35,776 bases of DNA, taken from the IMG/VR virus record IMGVR_UViG_3300029825_000421, positions 1 through 35,776 of that record; one strand, 5' to 3'. Both the position numbers and the translations under genes were made by a program. Shown here in pieces: positions 8,099-18,029 of this stretch. The notes below the pieces were generated by a model. It was not told the origin of the DNA and made no database searches. It saw only the letters and a program-made list of their open reading frames with translations. The DNA is from a virus (lineage: Duplodnaviria > Caudoviricetes). The stretch's first letter is position 1; the number at the start of each line of letters is the position of its first letter.

Positions 8099-9052
8099 GT
8101 GCAAAAGTTGTACAAGGTATTGACCAAAACTAAAGATATGACAGAAATAGAATGGCTAAAGAGCAGGCAGCAAGGGATTGGAGGCTCTGATGCAGGGGCA
8201 ATCCTTGGAGTGAATAATTATAAAACGCCCTTTGATGTATATATTGATAAAACTCAAGACATAGTTGAACCAAACGAACAAAGTGAAGCTGCTTATTGGG
8301 GTAATATTCTTGAAGATAATGTTGCAAGAGAATTTACCAAAAGGACAGGCAAAAAAGTAAGAAAGAGAAATGCAATTCTTCAAAATATAGAATATCCATT
8401 TATGATAGCCAATGTTGATAGAGAGGTAGTAGGAGAAAATTCAGTGCTTGAATGTAAAACTACGAGTGGATGGAATTCTAAAGAGTGGGTGGATGAAGAA
8501 ATACCTGCCAATTATTTAGTTCAGGTAAATCATTATATGGCAGTGGCAGGATATGAAAAAGCGTATATATGTGTACTTATAGGAGGACAACGCTATTTAT
8601 ACAAAGAGATAGAAAGAGACGAGGAACTTATACAGATACTTATACAGGCAGAAAAAGACTTTTGGGAAAATCATATCCTTAAAAGGGTACCTCCGCCATT
8701 GGATGGTTCCAGTGCTGCAGAGAAATATCTAAAGGAAAGATTTAAGGATTCAGCTCAAGGAGTTGCTATAAATTTAAGTTCTGAATACAAAGATAAAATC
8801 AGTGATTATTTTGAACTTAAAAATACAATAAAAACCCTTGATCTGCAGGCAAAAGAAATTGAAAACAACATAAAGTTTGAACTAGGCGAGGCAGAGATTG
8901 GGTATGCTCCTGATTACGAGATTAATTGGAAGAGTGTAACCTCCAATAGGTTTGATAGCAAAAGGTTCAAAACGGAGCACCCTGAGCTATTTAAACAGTA
9001 TTTAAATACTAGCTCATACAGAAAATTTAGTATTAAGGAGGCAGATGCGTAA
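8099..9052 (+). CDS. YqaJ-like viral exonuclease
   Basis: WLKSRQQGIGGSDAGAILG...ANVDR...LECKT...YLVQVNHYM. Confidence 0.95.
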   Translation: MQKLYKVLTKTKDMTEIEWLKSRQQGIGGSDAGAILGVNNYKTPFDVYIDKTQDIVEPNEQSEAAYWGNILEDNVAREFTKRTGKKVRKRNAILQNIEYPFMIANVDREVVGENSVLECKTTSGWNSKEWVDEEIPANYLVQVNHYMAVAGYEKAYICVLIGGQRYLYKEIERDEELIQILIQAEKDFWENHILKRVPPPLDGSSAAEKYLKERFKDSAQGVAINLSSEYKDKISDYFELKNTIKTLDLQAKEIENNIKFELGEAEIGYAPDYEINWKSVTSNRFDSKRFKTEHPELFKQYLNTSSYRKFSIKEADA

Positions 9053-9249
9053 TGGGAAATCCAGCATTTAGAACACTTATAAATAGCTTTAATGCTCAAT
9101 TGAAGACTATGAATAATGAAGATTTTAAATTATATGATCCAAGCGATTGTGAGTATTTTATAGATTCTATATATTATGACAGTGATAAAGATAAAATAAT
9201 GTGCAAGTTTAAGGAGGATAAAGAACAATGGCAACAACAGAGAGTTTAA
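9052..9249 (+). CDS. Hypothetical protein
   Basis: Translationally coupled, AAGGAGG RBS. Confidence 0.65.
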   Translation: MGNPAFRTLINSFNAQLKTMNNEDFKLYDPSDCEYFIDSIYYDSDKDKIMCKFKEDKEQWQQQRV

Positions 9250-10094
9250 AAAAGCAATTAGTTAAAAATAAAAAGGATAATTCAAATACATCTGTAGGGG
9301 CAACCGTTAAAGGGATATTAAACAGTCCGGCCATAAAGAAAAGGTTTGAAGAAATTTTGAAACAAAAAGCACCGCAGTACATGAGTTCAATAATAAATTT
9401 AGTTAATGGAGATACGGACCTTCAGAAATGCCATCCAATGAGCGTTGTAGCAAGTGCTATGGTAGCAGCTACTTTAGATTTACCTGTGGATAAGAACCTA
9501 GGCTATGCGTGGGTAGTACCATATAAAAATAAAGCACAATTTCAATTGGGTTATAAGGGGTATATACAGTTAGCATTAAGAACCTCACAGTATAAACACA
9601 TAAATGCAATAGCTGTGCATGAAGGAGAACTTATAAGTTGGAACCCATTAACCGAAGAATTAGAAATAAATTTTGAAAATAAAGAATCGGATGCAGTAAT
9701 TGGATATGCAGGATATTTTGAATTAAACAATGGATTTAGAAAATCTGTCTATTGGACCAAAGAACAAATTGATAAACACAAAAATAAGTTTTCTAAAAGT
9801 GATTTTGGATGGAAAAACAATTATGATGCTATGGCTATAAAAACAGTTATAAGGAATATGCTGTCGAAGTGGGGAATACTTAGCATAGAAATGCAAAGTG
9901 CATATATTGCAGATCAAGCTCTAATAAAAGATGGCATTTTAAAGGGTGAGGATATTGAAAGTAATATTGATTATATAGATGACATTGAAGATGATATAGA
10001 AGCTGAAGATGCAGAGTATACAGAATTTGAAAGAGAAGATAATGAGAAAGATATATACAAAGGCACACCGTTTGAAGAAGGTGTGGAAAGCTAG
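9228..10094 (+). CDS. recT: RecT-family single-strand annealing protein
   Basis: AATLDLPVDKNLGYAWVVPY...AQFQLGYKGYIQLALR...MAIKTVIR; acidic tail; follows YqaJ. Confidence 0.95.
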   Translation: MATTESLKKQLVKNKKDNSNTSVGATVKGILNSPAIKKRFEEILKQKAPQYMSSIINLVNGDTDLQKCHPMSVVASAMVAATLDLPVDKNLGYAWVVPYKNKAQFQLGYKGYIQLALRTSQYKHINAIAVHEGELISWNPLTEELEINFENKESDAVIGYAGYFELNNGFRKSVYWTKEQIDKHKNKFSKSDFGWKNNYDAMAIKTVIRNMLSKWGILSIEMQSAYIADQALIKDGILKGEDIESNIDYIDDIEDDIEAEDAEYTEFEREDNEKDIYKGTPFEEGVES

Positions 10095-10197
10095 AATTAT
10101 TTTAGAGATTACAAAGCAGGACTGCCGGTACCGATCTGGCAGACTGCTTAAAATTCCGATATGTCCAGTAATTTATTTTAGTAGAAAAGGTGAGATT

Positions 10198-11088
10198 ATG
10201 GCAGAGATTAAGTGGATTAAGATAACAACAACAATGTTTGATGATGAAAAAATTAAATTAATAGATGCAATGCCTGAACGTGACACTATATTTTACATAT
10301 GGATGCGTCTTTTAGTGCAGGCCGGCAAGACAAACGCAGGAGGATATATATTCCTTACAGAGGATATACCTTACACTGATGAAATGCTATCAACAATCTT
10401 CAATAGGCCTCTTAATACTGTTAGGCTTGCCTTGGATACTCTAAAGAATTTTGGAATGATTGAAAGGTCTGAAAATAATGATTTAAAAATAACTAATTGG
10501 GACAAACACCAAAATGTTGATGAAATGGATAAAATAAGGGAACAAACGAGGAAAAGGGTTGCTAAATGTAGGGCTAAGAAAAAGATAGCTGAACCTAGTA
10601 ACGAAGAAAATAAAAATAGTAACGCTACTGTAACGTTACGTAACGGAACAGAAAGAGAGAGAGAAGAAGATCTAGATAAAGATAATAAGAGAGAGAGAAG
10701 AGAGAAAAAAGATCTCTCTCTCGATAATAAAGCATTAGAACTTTGTAAATATTGGGAAGTTCTGAAACCAGGTGAAAATATAACTGCACACTTAGCAGCT
10801 TTAAAGATATTTATAAACACCTATGGCTATGACTGGTGCAAAGAAGCACTGCAAATTATGGTCAAGAACAAAAATAAATTTATTTTAAGCTACATGGAGA
10901 AGATTTTAAAAAATTGGCTTGTGGAAGGAAAAAGTGAGGAATGTGGAACTTCCAAGAAAGAAAAGAATGCTCCTAAACCGCCATCTTACAAGGTTGTAAA
11001 TCAAGGGTGTTGCCCTGTTTGCGGAGGCAAGGGGGTAGTAAGACAAAACAATGAATGGGTGGAATGTCCTAAGTGCAGGGGAGGTTAG
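10198..11088 (+). CDS. Phage replisome organizer / replication initiator
   Basis: MAEIKWIKITTTMFDDEKIKLI...IPYTDEMLSTIFNRP; start moved to ATG 10198 after AAGGTG. Confidence 0.92.
   Translation: MAEIKWIKITTTMFDDEKIKLIDAMPERDTIFYIWMRLLVQAGKTNAGGYIFLTEDIPYTDEMLSTIFNRPLNTVRLALDTLKNFGMIERSENNDLKITNWDKHQNVDEMDKIREQTRKRVAKCRAKKKIAEPSNEENKNSNATVTLRNGTEREREEDLDKDNKRERREKKDLSLDNKALELCKYWEVLKPGENITAHLAALKIFINTYGYDWCKEALQIMVKNKNKFILSYMEKILKNWLVEGKSEECGTSKKEKNAPKPPSYKVVNQGCCPVCGGKGVVRQNNEWVECPKCRGG
10598..10722. repeat. Probable phage replication origin inside the initiator gene
   Basis: Four GTAACG copies including the GTAACGTTAC palindrome, then (GA)n tracts and an inverted (TC)n tract. Confidence 0.6.
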
Positions 11089-11091
11089 AAA

Positions 11092-12435
11092 TTGAATAAC
11101 GTGACAGCTTTGCCAAACAGTATTGAGGCTGAAAGGGGAGTTATAGGCACCATACTAAACAATAATCAGGCCATGGATATAGCTCTGGAATTAATTACGC
11201 CTGAAGATTTTTACAGAGAAAATCACAAGGTAATATTTAAAGCTCTAGTGAATTTGCATGAAAAAAATGCAGCTATGGACCTGTTGACAGTGAGTGAGCA
11301 GCTGAAAGACGGATTGAAAGAAATCGGGGGAATTACTTACCTGTCACAGCTTATGGGAGCCTACACTCCAACATCAAGCATAAAAGAATATGCCTTGATA
11401 GTGAAAGACAAAAGCAATAAAAGAAAAATAATAAAAATAGCCAATGAAATGATGCTGGATGCCTGCAATAACTCCAGTGTGGAGGATATTTTAAACAAAG
11501 CAGAAAGTAAGATTCTGGATATAAACAGCTATAAGGATTCAGAAATAGTCACTGCCAAAACAGTTGCCATGAACGCCTATGAAAAAATAGAAGAAAATTA
11601 CAATAAGGGCGGGGGATTGGCAGGTTTAGCAACTGGTATAAAATCCATGGATAACATGACTGGAGGATTGGAACCAGGGGACTACGTGATACTTGCGGCA
11701 AGACCTAGCATGGGTAAAAGTGCCATGATGCTTGAAATATCGGAAAACGTGGCAAAACAGGGTAAGTCAGTGTTGGTATTCAGTCTCGAAATGACCAAAG
11801 AAAAGCTGATGAACAGGCTGTTTTCAAGCTTGACAAAAATACCACTTGAGAGAATAAAGACCGGGGAGTTAACTTCACCTGAGTGGAATAAGCTTGCAAA
11901 TGCTGCTAATTTCATATGCCAGCAGAAATTATACTTTGATGATAAAGGCGGCCAAAGCGTAAATGAAATACGCTCTAAGTCCCGAAAAGCCAAGCTGCAA
12001 TATGACCTGGATTTAATCGTAATAGACTATATTGGGAAAATACAGGGACAAGGCGAAAACAGGAATCAGGAATTGAGCAGGATATCAGATGCGCTTAAGA
12101 ATTTAGCCAAAGAACTAAAAATACCCATTGTGGTTTTATGCCAGTTATCTCGTGCACCTGAGGCCAGATCGGATCATAGGCCAATGCTTTCGGATTTAAG
12201 AGAATCAGGGTCTATAGAACAGGATGCGGATATAGTTATTATGCTGTACAGGGATGAATACTACAATGCGGAAACTGAGGAAAAGAATATCATGGAAGCC
12301 ATTGTAACTAAGAGCAGGGATGGGAAGACAGGAACTGTTAAATTGTATTGGGATGGTAATACCCAAAGGATTAGAGAACTGGATTATGTCCATGAGGGAA
12401 GTTATAACCCTGAAATATTTGGAAGAGGTGAGTAA
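11092..12435 (+). CDS. dnaB: Replicative DNA helicase
   Basis: AARPSMGKS Walker A, FSLEM, IVIDY, QLSR, DLRESGSIEQDAD. Confidence 0.96.
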   Translation: MNNVTALPNSIEAERGVIGTILNNNQAMDIALELITPEDFYRENHKVIFKALVNLHEKNAAMDLLTVSEQLKDGLKEIGGITYLSQLMGAYTPTSSIKEYALIVKDKSNKRKIIKIANEMMLDACNNSSVEDILNKAESKILDINSYKDSEIVTAKTVAMNAYEKIEENYNKGGGLAGLATGIKSMDNMTGGLEPGDYVILAARPSMGKSAMMLEISENVAKQGKSVLVFSLEMTKEKLMNRLFSSLTKIPLERIKTGELTSPEWNKLANAANFICQQKLYFDDKGGQSVNEIRSKSRKAKLQYDLDLIVIDYIGKIQGQGENRNQELSRISDALKNLAKELKIPIVVLCQLSRAPEARSDHRPMLSDLRESGSIEQDADIVIMLYRDEYYNAETEEKNIMEAIVTKSRDGKTGTVKLYWDGNTQRIRELDYVHEGSYNPEIFGRGE

Positions 12436-12438
12436 TAG

Positions 12439-12606
12439 ATGGTGAATAGGTGGCAGATTTTTAATTACCTGAAGGGTGGAAACAACGAGATAAGCGTGAA
12501 AGACATAGAAAGGGCTCCAGTAGAAGAACTCAGAGAAGGCTTAATAGAGTTTATATTATACAAGCGTTTGATAACACGTGAGGAAAAAGAGAGGGCAATA
12601 AAATAA
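12439..12606 (+). CDS. Hypothetical protein (55 aa; not in ORF track)
   Basis: MVNRWQIFNYLKGG...; GAGGTG RBS. Confidence 0.6.
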   Translation: MVNRWQIFNYLKGGNNEISVKDIERAPVEELREGLIEFILYKRLITREEKERAIK

Positions 12607-12620
12607 CAAGGAGGAATCAA

Positions 12621-12878
12621 TTGAGTATGAAATCAACAGGAATAGTTAGAAAAGTAGACCAGCTGGGTAGAGTAGTTCTACCGAAGGAGTTAAGAAAAAA
12701 ATTGGATATGCCAGAGGGTGTACCGTTGGAAATGGTTGTAAATGGAGATGAAATTATTTTAAAAAAGTATAAGCCTGCTTGTATATTCTGTGGAGAAACA
12801 GAGGATGTTGTGAAGTGGAAAGGGAAAAAGGTGTGCCAGAGGTGCTTGGATAACCTTAAGACAAGTAGATTGAGGTGA
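12621..12878 (+). CDS. abrB: AbrB-family transcriptional regulator
   Basis: MKSTGIVRKVDQLGRVVLPKELR...CIFCGE...VCQRC. Confidence 0.9.
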   Translation: MSMKSTGIVRKVDQLGRVVLPKELRKKLDMPEGVPLEMVVNGDEIILKKYKPACIFCGETEDVVKWKGKKVCQRCLDNLKTSRLR

Positions 12879-12883
12879 TAAAA

Positions 12884-13027
12884 ATGGCAGTTGCATTCGA
12901 AAGGAAAAAAGAAACCCTTGACTTCGTAAGAGATAATTGGGAAATTATGCCCAAAAAAGATATGGCGAAGAAATTAGTAATAAGGACAAATGCTTTGAAT
13001 ATTTCAGCAAGAATGATGATAACGTAA
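12884..13027 (+). pseudogene. Short ORF, possibly truncated
   Basis: GAGGTG RBS, 47 aa, followed by about 250 nt without a clear ORF. Confidence 0.4.
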
Positions 13028-13277
13028 AAATCAATTAATTAAAAAGGCGTCAAAAAAATTTAAAATTCCAAAATCCTTAGTAGAATCCTATTATTGTGAA
13101 TGGAAAAATAAGTATATGGATTGTAATATAAAAGGATATAATCATAATCCGTGGCACAAGGATAAAAATGTGATGAGAGTTAGACAAAAGCAGAGGGTGA
13201 GGGCGTGAGAAGTAAATTAATAATCATAGAGAATGTCAGACCCATAAAATTTGGTAATCAGATAGGAATGAAGATGG

Positions 13278-13679
13278 ATGAACTGGACAGAGGAACAATA
13301 CCAGGAATATCTCAAAAAGAGAGGGCAGAAGGTAGAGAAACCAAAAGTAAAAAGGCAGAAATACAGGAATAAGGGTGTATGGCATGATGGAGTATATTTC
13401 AGGAGTCAGCTGGAGATGAAGAGGTACTGCCAGTTAAAACTTTTATTCTATGCTGGGGAAATTGCAGGATTTATATTGCAACCGGAGTTTATTATTCAGG
13501 AGGGCAAAGAAGAGAAAAGAGCTATAACTTATACTGCTGATTTTCTGGTTTTGAATAATGATGGTACCTACAGTGTTGAAGATACCAAAGGGTATGAAAG
13601 TCAGCAGTGGAGGAGAACGTACAAGCAGTTTAAATTGAGGTATCCAGATATTGATTTGAAAGTATTGAAAGAAGTGTGA
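13278..13679 (+). CDS. DUF1064-type endonuclease-like protein
   Basis: KYRNK...DGVYFRSQLE...LQPEF...ITYTADF...VEDTKG. Confidence 0.85.
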   Translation: MNWTEEQYQEYLKKRGQKVEKPKVKRQKYRNKGVWHDGVYFRSQLEMKRYCQLKLLFYAGEIAGFILQPEFIIQEGKEEKRAITYTADFLVLNNDGTYSVEDTKGYESQQWRRTYKQFKLRYPDIDLKVLKEV

Positions 13680-13681
13680 GT

Positions 13682-13825
13682 ATGGATAAGTCCAAGAAAA
13701 TTCAAATAGATAGACTAGAAAAGAGCTTACAATGCCTAAAAGAAAAGCTATTACCAGATAGGCCAGAACAGTACAAGGCTATGGCTTCTGGATATATAAG
13801 ACAAATTGAAGAATTGAGAAGGTGA
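13682..13825 (+). CDS. Hypothetical protein (47 aa; not in ORF track)
   Basis: Exactly fills the gap between neighbours. Confidence 0.5.
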   Translation: MDKSKKIQIDRLEKSLQCLKEKLLPDRPEQYKAMASGYIRQIEELRR

Positions 13826-14151
13826 ACGTATTGAAACTAAAACTAATGGTACTTAGGAAGCTGATAGACAGTAAAGGTAATAAAATAGACAACCGTACAA
13901 TGACCTGGGAGAATTGGAAAGATAAAGTTTTAGAAGAAGCAGGAGAGTTATGCAGAGCTCTCTCTTCTGGGAATAAGAAAGACATAATGGAAGAGGTGTT
14001 GGATGTTATTCAGGTGGGCATAGGAATTTTAGCGAAGTTGTTTAGAGAGAAAGTTGATATACCCCAAGGGCTTCATAGGCATAATAAAAAGCTTATAGAT
14101 AGGGGTTGTGAGGCTTGTGGGGAGATTAGATTTAATGTTAGCAGGAAGTAG
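13822..14151 (+). CDS. MazG-like nucleotide pyrophosphohydrolase
   Basis: KVLEEAGELCRAL...IMEEVLDVIQV (EExxE...ExxD). Confidence 0.7.
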   Translation: MNVLKLKLMVLRKLIDSKGNKIDNRTMTWENWKDKVLEEAGELCRALSSGNKKDIMEEVLDVIQVGIGILAKLFREKVDIPQGLHRHNKKLIDRGCEACGEIRFNVSRK

Positions 14152-14859
14152 GTGGGGAAAATGAAATTATTAATTGGAAAAATTAAGAATGGTTGCAGTA
14201 AAGACTTGCAGGAACTAAGAGGAATTAAGCTAGTGGGATTTACAATAGACGAGGAAGATAAGAAATTACATGGAATCCATCCTATAAATTTAGGTGATAT
14301 GGAAAAATTTTATAAGTTTAGTTTTGAAGGGCTTAAAAATGATATATCAGAGGATTATGACTACTGTATATGGTATTTGCTTGGGGAAGATTGTGAATTT
14401 GTATCCAGTATAAATCTAAATGAATTAGAAGATATAAGAGAATTTACCAAGGAAGATGATGAACTGTATGGAAAGAATCTTGAAGAGTTTAAGAAAATAC
14501 ACCACTTTTATGATATGGAGCAGCGAATCAAAGATGAAGAAAAAGCTGAAAATAAAGCCAACGAAGAGTTCCTGAAAGAAAAGAAACAGAAAATTGAGGT
14601 GCGTGTTCGTGGTGAGACTGAAACAATAGATGCTGTGATATATAAGGGTTTTGGCATACACAATCCATTGGGCATAGAAGATAGTTCTTTTAAAACCATA
14701 ACAATTTTGGAAGGCGATAATAAAGGATTAGCCATGATACTTTATTGCAAAACCTCAAAGTGTGAAACTTTAATTGATGAGATGAGAGAATCTATAGGAG
14801 ATAAGGCTGTTGCAAATGAAGATAGGGTTAAGTTAGCTGAAATAGTGAAGAAATATTAG
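14152..14859 (+). CDS. Hypothetical protein
   Basis: 235-aa ORF in operon. Confidence 0.75.
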   Translation: MGKMKLLIGKIKNGCSKDLQELRGIKLVGFTIDEEDKKLHGIHPINLGDMEKFYKFSFEGLKNDISEDYDYCIWYLLGEDCEFVSSINLNELEDIREFTKEDDELYGKNLEEFKKIHHFYDMEQRIKDEEKAENKANEEFLKEKKQKIEVRVRGETETIDAVIYKGFGIHNPLGIEDSSFKTITILEGDNKGLAMILYCKTSKCETLIDEMRESIGDKAVANEDRVKLAEIVKKY

Positions 14860-15038
14860 AAGTTGATACGTACTTCAAATATTATATGATGAACCCAAAC
14901 ACTGGGGATTTGAGCATCCCCGGCACAAGGATTTATTATTGGAAAATGAAAATTAAAATGGAGATTAAAATAATACTTTAATAAACAGTATGTCCTGAAT
15001 TGGATTTATTATACAGAGAATTTGAAGAAGGTGAGTAG

Positions 15039-15212
15039 ATGGAACATTTAATAAAATTGGGTTATGTGTTTATAGGAGTATGGGCTTTAATTAGCATAGT
15101 TGGGATAATAGGCTTTTATATAGTTGTTAGGAATTGCAAGAAGGAAAGTGCAAAGAGCTATAAGGAGTTTAAAAAGGAATGGGACAGGCATGGGAGGAGG
15201 TTAGAAAGATAA
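15039..15212 (+). CDS. Small single-pass membrane protein (57 aa; not in ORF track)
   Basis: MEHLIKLGYVFIGVWALISIVGIIGFYIVVRNCKK...; AAGGTG RBS. Confidence 0.65.
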   Translation: MEHLIKLGYVFIGVWALISIVGIIGFYIVVRNCKKESAKSYKEFKKEWDRHGRRLER

Positions 15213-15829
15213 TGGAAGTATTGATAGCAGAACGTAAACATATAGATTTAACCAAACACTGTAAAATAAGATATGTAGAGAGAGTGAAAGGAATAACTGG
15301 TGACTTTGCTGTTCAGGAATATATGATAGCCAATGATGAACGAATAATACAGGATGTAAATAAGATATTCACTTATTCCGATTTCCTGATAGAGGGTAAG
15401 ATTGGTGAGGATAAGGTAGTCAGGAGATTTTATGTGAAGGATGATATACTCCTTGTTTTAAGTAAAGACGAGTCTGTGATTGTTACACTTATTAAAGTAG
15501 ACTTTGGGTTCCCTAGGAAAACTAACAGGGGAATTGTTAAGGACCTTCTGGAGGAAATAAATTTACTGAAGGAAGATTTAGAGGAAAGTGAAAAATCTAT
15601 AACCGATTATGTGAATGCTAGAAGTTTGGAAAGGGAAAGGTATTTCGATAAAATCCAACTGCTGCAGGAAGAAATTAATTCTCTTAGCTTAACCATAAAA
15701 CAAATTGATGTTGATATAGAGAAGAAGAGGGAGAGTACCAAGGTTTCAAAACTTAAAATAAAGGAATATGTGAATATGATTTGCAATTCCAGGGCTTTTA
15801 AGGATGATTTGAAACAGATGGGTAAGTGA
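15212..15829 (+). CDS. Hypothetical protein with C-terminal coiled coil
   Basis: LTKHCKIRYVER N-terminus; TAATG coupling, GGAGG RBS. Confidence 0.75.
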   Translation: MEVLIAERKHIDLTKHCKIRYVERVKGITGDFAVQEYMIANDERIIQDVNKIFTYSDFLIEGKIGEDKVVRRFYVKDDILLVLSKDESVIVTLIKVDFGFPRKTNRGIVKDLLEEINLLKEDLEESEKSITDYVNARSLERERYFDKIQLLQEEINSLSLTIKQIDVDIEKKRESTKVSKLKIKEYVNMICNSRAFKDDLKQMGK

Positions 15830-15878
15830 GAGATATAAGGAATAGACATAATTAAATAAGTTCATGGGAGGGAACTGT

Positions 15879-16415
15879 ATGTTGGACAAAGAAACATTTA
15901 AAAGGACAGAAGGTAAGCTGTATGGCTATTTTAGAGATTTAAAAGAAATGGAAGCTTTGGAACTGGAATGCAAAGACCTTCAAGATCAGGAAGAGAGTAT
16001 TCAATGGGATATAAAGCACTGTAATGTATATGTTGTTGCAGACAGCCACATGAGCCCTAGTTTTAGTGAAAAGGTACAGACAAGCCCTACAGGAGAAAGT
16101 ACAGCAGAAAAAGGAATTGTTAGAGAAATTGAAAAGCTTGAGGATGAACTTGAGTATGTTGGAAGAAAGCTCCGTAAGAATATGGCCAGAATAAGGCAGT
16201 TAAAAAGAAATACAGCTCCGTTGAAGAAAGTACTGACAGTCCCTCCACTATCAGAAGAAATCATGCAATTCATTATTTATAAGTACAAGCTAAACAAGGG
16301 CGTCGGGTGGATAGCAACTGAAATGTATGGTGGTGTGAGAAGTACTGCCTACAGGTGGCGAGAGGACATACTGGAGGATATTGTGAAGTGGGAAAGGGTG
16401 TATAAAGTTGGATAG
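15879..16415 (+). CDS. ArpU/RinA-type late transcriptional activator
   Basis: Last early gene; coiled coil plus C-terminal HTH (WIATEMYGGVRSTAYRWR). Confidence 0.78.
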   Translation: MLDKETFKRTEGKLYGYFRDLKEMEALELECKDLQDQEESIQWDIKHCNVYVVADSHMSPSFSEKVQTSPTGESTAEKGIVREIEKLEDELEYVGRKLRKNMARIRQLKRNTAPLKKVLTVPPLSEEIMQFIIYKYKLNKGVGWIATEMYGGVRSTAYRWREDILEDIVKWERVYKVG

Positions 16416-16480
16416 ACATAATGTTGACAATATATATTATAATATAATTAGCTTTTTAATCGTGAAAGGAGAATTTTGAT

Positions 16481-17068
16481 ATGTATGATAGTGACATAAG
16501 ATCATTTTTGTATAGAGATTTTTCAAAAGAACCAATGTATGTAAATGATACTAGCACTATCGTTGTGCCTGAAATGAGCATATTAAACGGCTATGTTAGG
16601 ATAGACATAGCCGTAATCAATGGTTTATTTCATGGATATGAAATAAAAAGTGATATGGATACCTTGCAAAGGTTGCCTAGACAATCAGAATATTATAGTA
16701 AAGTTTTTGATAGAATGGTATTAGTAACAACCAAGAAATATGTGAATGAAGTAAAGAAAATAATACCCAAATGGTGGGGAATTAAATACTATAATGAAAA
16801 TAAAGAGCTTAAAACTGTTAGAAAAGGACGTATTAATAACAAAGTAGATCCATTTTCAAGACTAACTATTTTATGGAAGGACGAACTTATAGAACTAATT
16901 GCTAGATATACAGACAAAAAATATAAGAGCAAAACAAAACGTGCTCTTATAGATATGATTTTAAAAGAAGTTCCAAATAATGAAATAATAGATTATACAA
17001 GGACTATAATTAAACTTAGATATAATTGGAGAGCTGTTTCAATATTACAGCTATGTGGTGAGCAGTAG
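16481..17068 (+). CDS. sce7726-family predicted nuclease
   Basis: RIDIAVING..HGYEIKSDMDTLQRLPRQ..YYSKVFD...IPKWWGI. Confidence 0.85.
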   Translation: MYDSDIRSFLYRDFSKEPMYVNDTSTIVVPEMSILNGYVRIDIAVINGLFHGYEIKSDMDTLQRLPRQSEYYSKVFDRMVLVTTKKYVNEVKKIIPKWWGIKYYNENKELKTVRKGRINNKVDPFSRLTILWKDELIELIARYTDKKYKSKTKRALIDMILKEVPNNEIIDYTRTIIKLRYNWRAVSILQLCGEQ

Positions 17069-18029
17069 AAATTGTAACCCAATCTCTGCTTCTACCAGGA
17101 CCTTTTTTATTAATAGATTTGGTGTATATTTGATTATCTCCATATGAAAAGTCTTTTCCGTAGAAAAAATTGGAATTAACTATTTTAGCACACATGTCAA
17201 AAACTGAAACAATATAAGTATTTTTTATCCTGTCTTTTTTACCCTTTTGTACATAATAAAAATTATCAGTTGTATATTTTATTTTTGGCAGAATGCCATA
17301 TTGAAGTTTTGAAAAGTCCATTTCTGTATCTGTAAATTTATTAACACCGTAGTCAGAATATATTAGTTTGTCCATTAAGTTTTTATATTCGGGGAGATTT
17401 AAAGCTTTATTAAATATACTAAATTCATATCTTTTATACGATTTTTCTTCACCTGCTTCTAAGGTACTTAAATTTTGGGGAAATGATGTAGATGAAATGA
17501 TTATTTTGTTTATGTTATCATGATATTGTTCCAATTGGTGTAATACTTGATTTAATGCTACGTATTTTAAAGAAGCTGATTCCATATCTTGAACAAAAAT
17601 TAAATCTAATATTATATCAATTTTTAAATTTGTTTCTTTTTTAAATATGTTTTTAAAAAATTCGGTATAGCTTAAAGAATCAAGAGGTTCAGGAATTGCT
17701 AATCTTATACATATTTCATCAAATTGGTCTTCTATAGAAGAAATGCTATTAAATAAATCATCAATATAAAATATAGGAATTATGTGCAGTGGTTTATTTC
17801 TTGAAGTTAATTTTTTATAAAAGTTAATATCTGTTTCCTCATAATGAGAAGTATCAATAAAAGCGTGCTCTAAGCCTGTTTCTTGTATTTGACTTAGCAA
17901 ACTATTTGCATCTATTGCATCTACTAATTCAATTACAGGGAAAATTTTTTCAATCTGTTCTTTGCTCAACTTTTTGATAGAATCTTTTTCACCTGGCTTC
18001 CATTTTAATATAGGAACATATTTAATCAT
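17016..18029 (-). CDS. Beta-family protein (P4 beta-like)
   Basis: YVPILKWKPGE...SSTSFP...IYSDYG...KIKYT...FSYGD...W....TAHHI; GGAGG RBS. Confidence 0.85.
   Translation of the reverse strand: MIKYVPILKWKPGEKDSIKKLSKEQIEKIFPVIELVDAIDANSLLSQIQETGLEHAFIDTSHYEETDINFYKKLTSRNKPLHIIPIFYIDDLFNSISSIEDQFDEICIRLAIPEPLDSLSYTEFFKNIFKKETNLKIDIILDLIFVQDMESASLKYVALNQVLHQLEQYHDNINKIIISSTSFPQNLSTLEAGEEKSYKRYEFSIFNKALNLPEYKNLMDKLIYSDYGVNKFTDTEMDFSKLQYGILPKIKYTTDNFYYVQKGKKDRIKNTYIVSVFDMCAKIVNSNFFYGKDFSYGDNQIYTKSINKKGPGRSRDWVTISTAHHIAVILKQLSNYI

Noticed and set aside
10009-10197. N-terminal extension of the initiator in the ORF track
   Set aside because: Overlaps recT; conserved start and RBS are at 10198
13153-14932. 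GGCACAAGGAT repeated in two intergenic gaps
   Set aside because: A single 11-mer match is expected by chance in 36 kb
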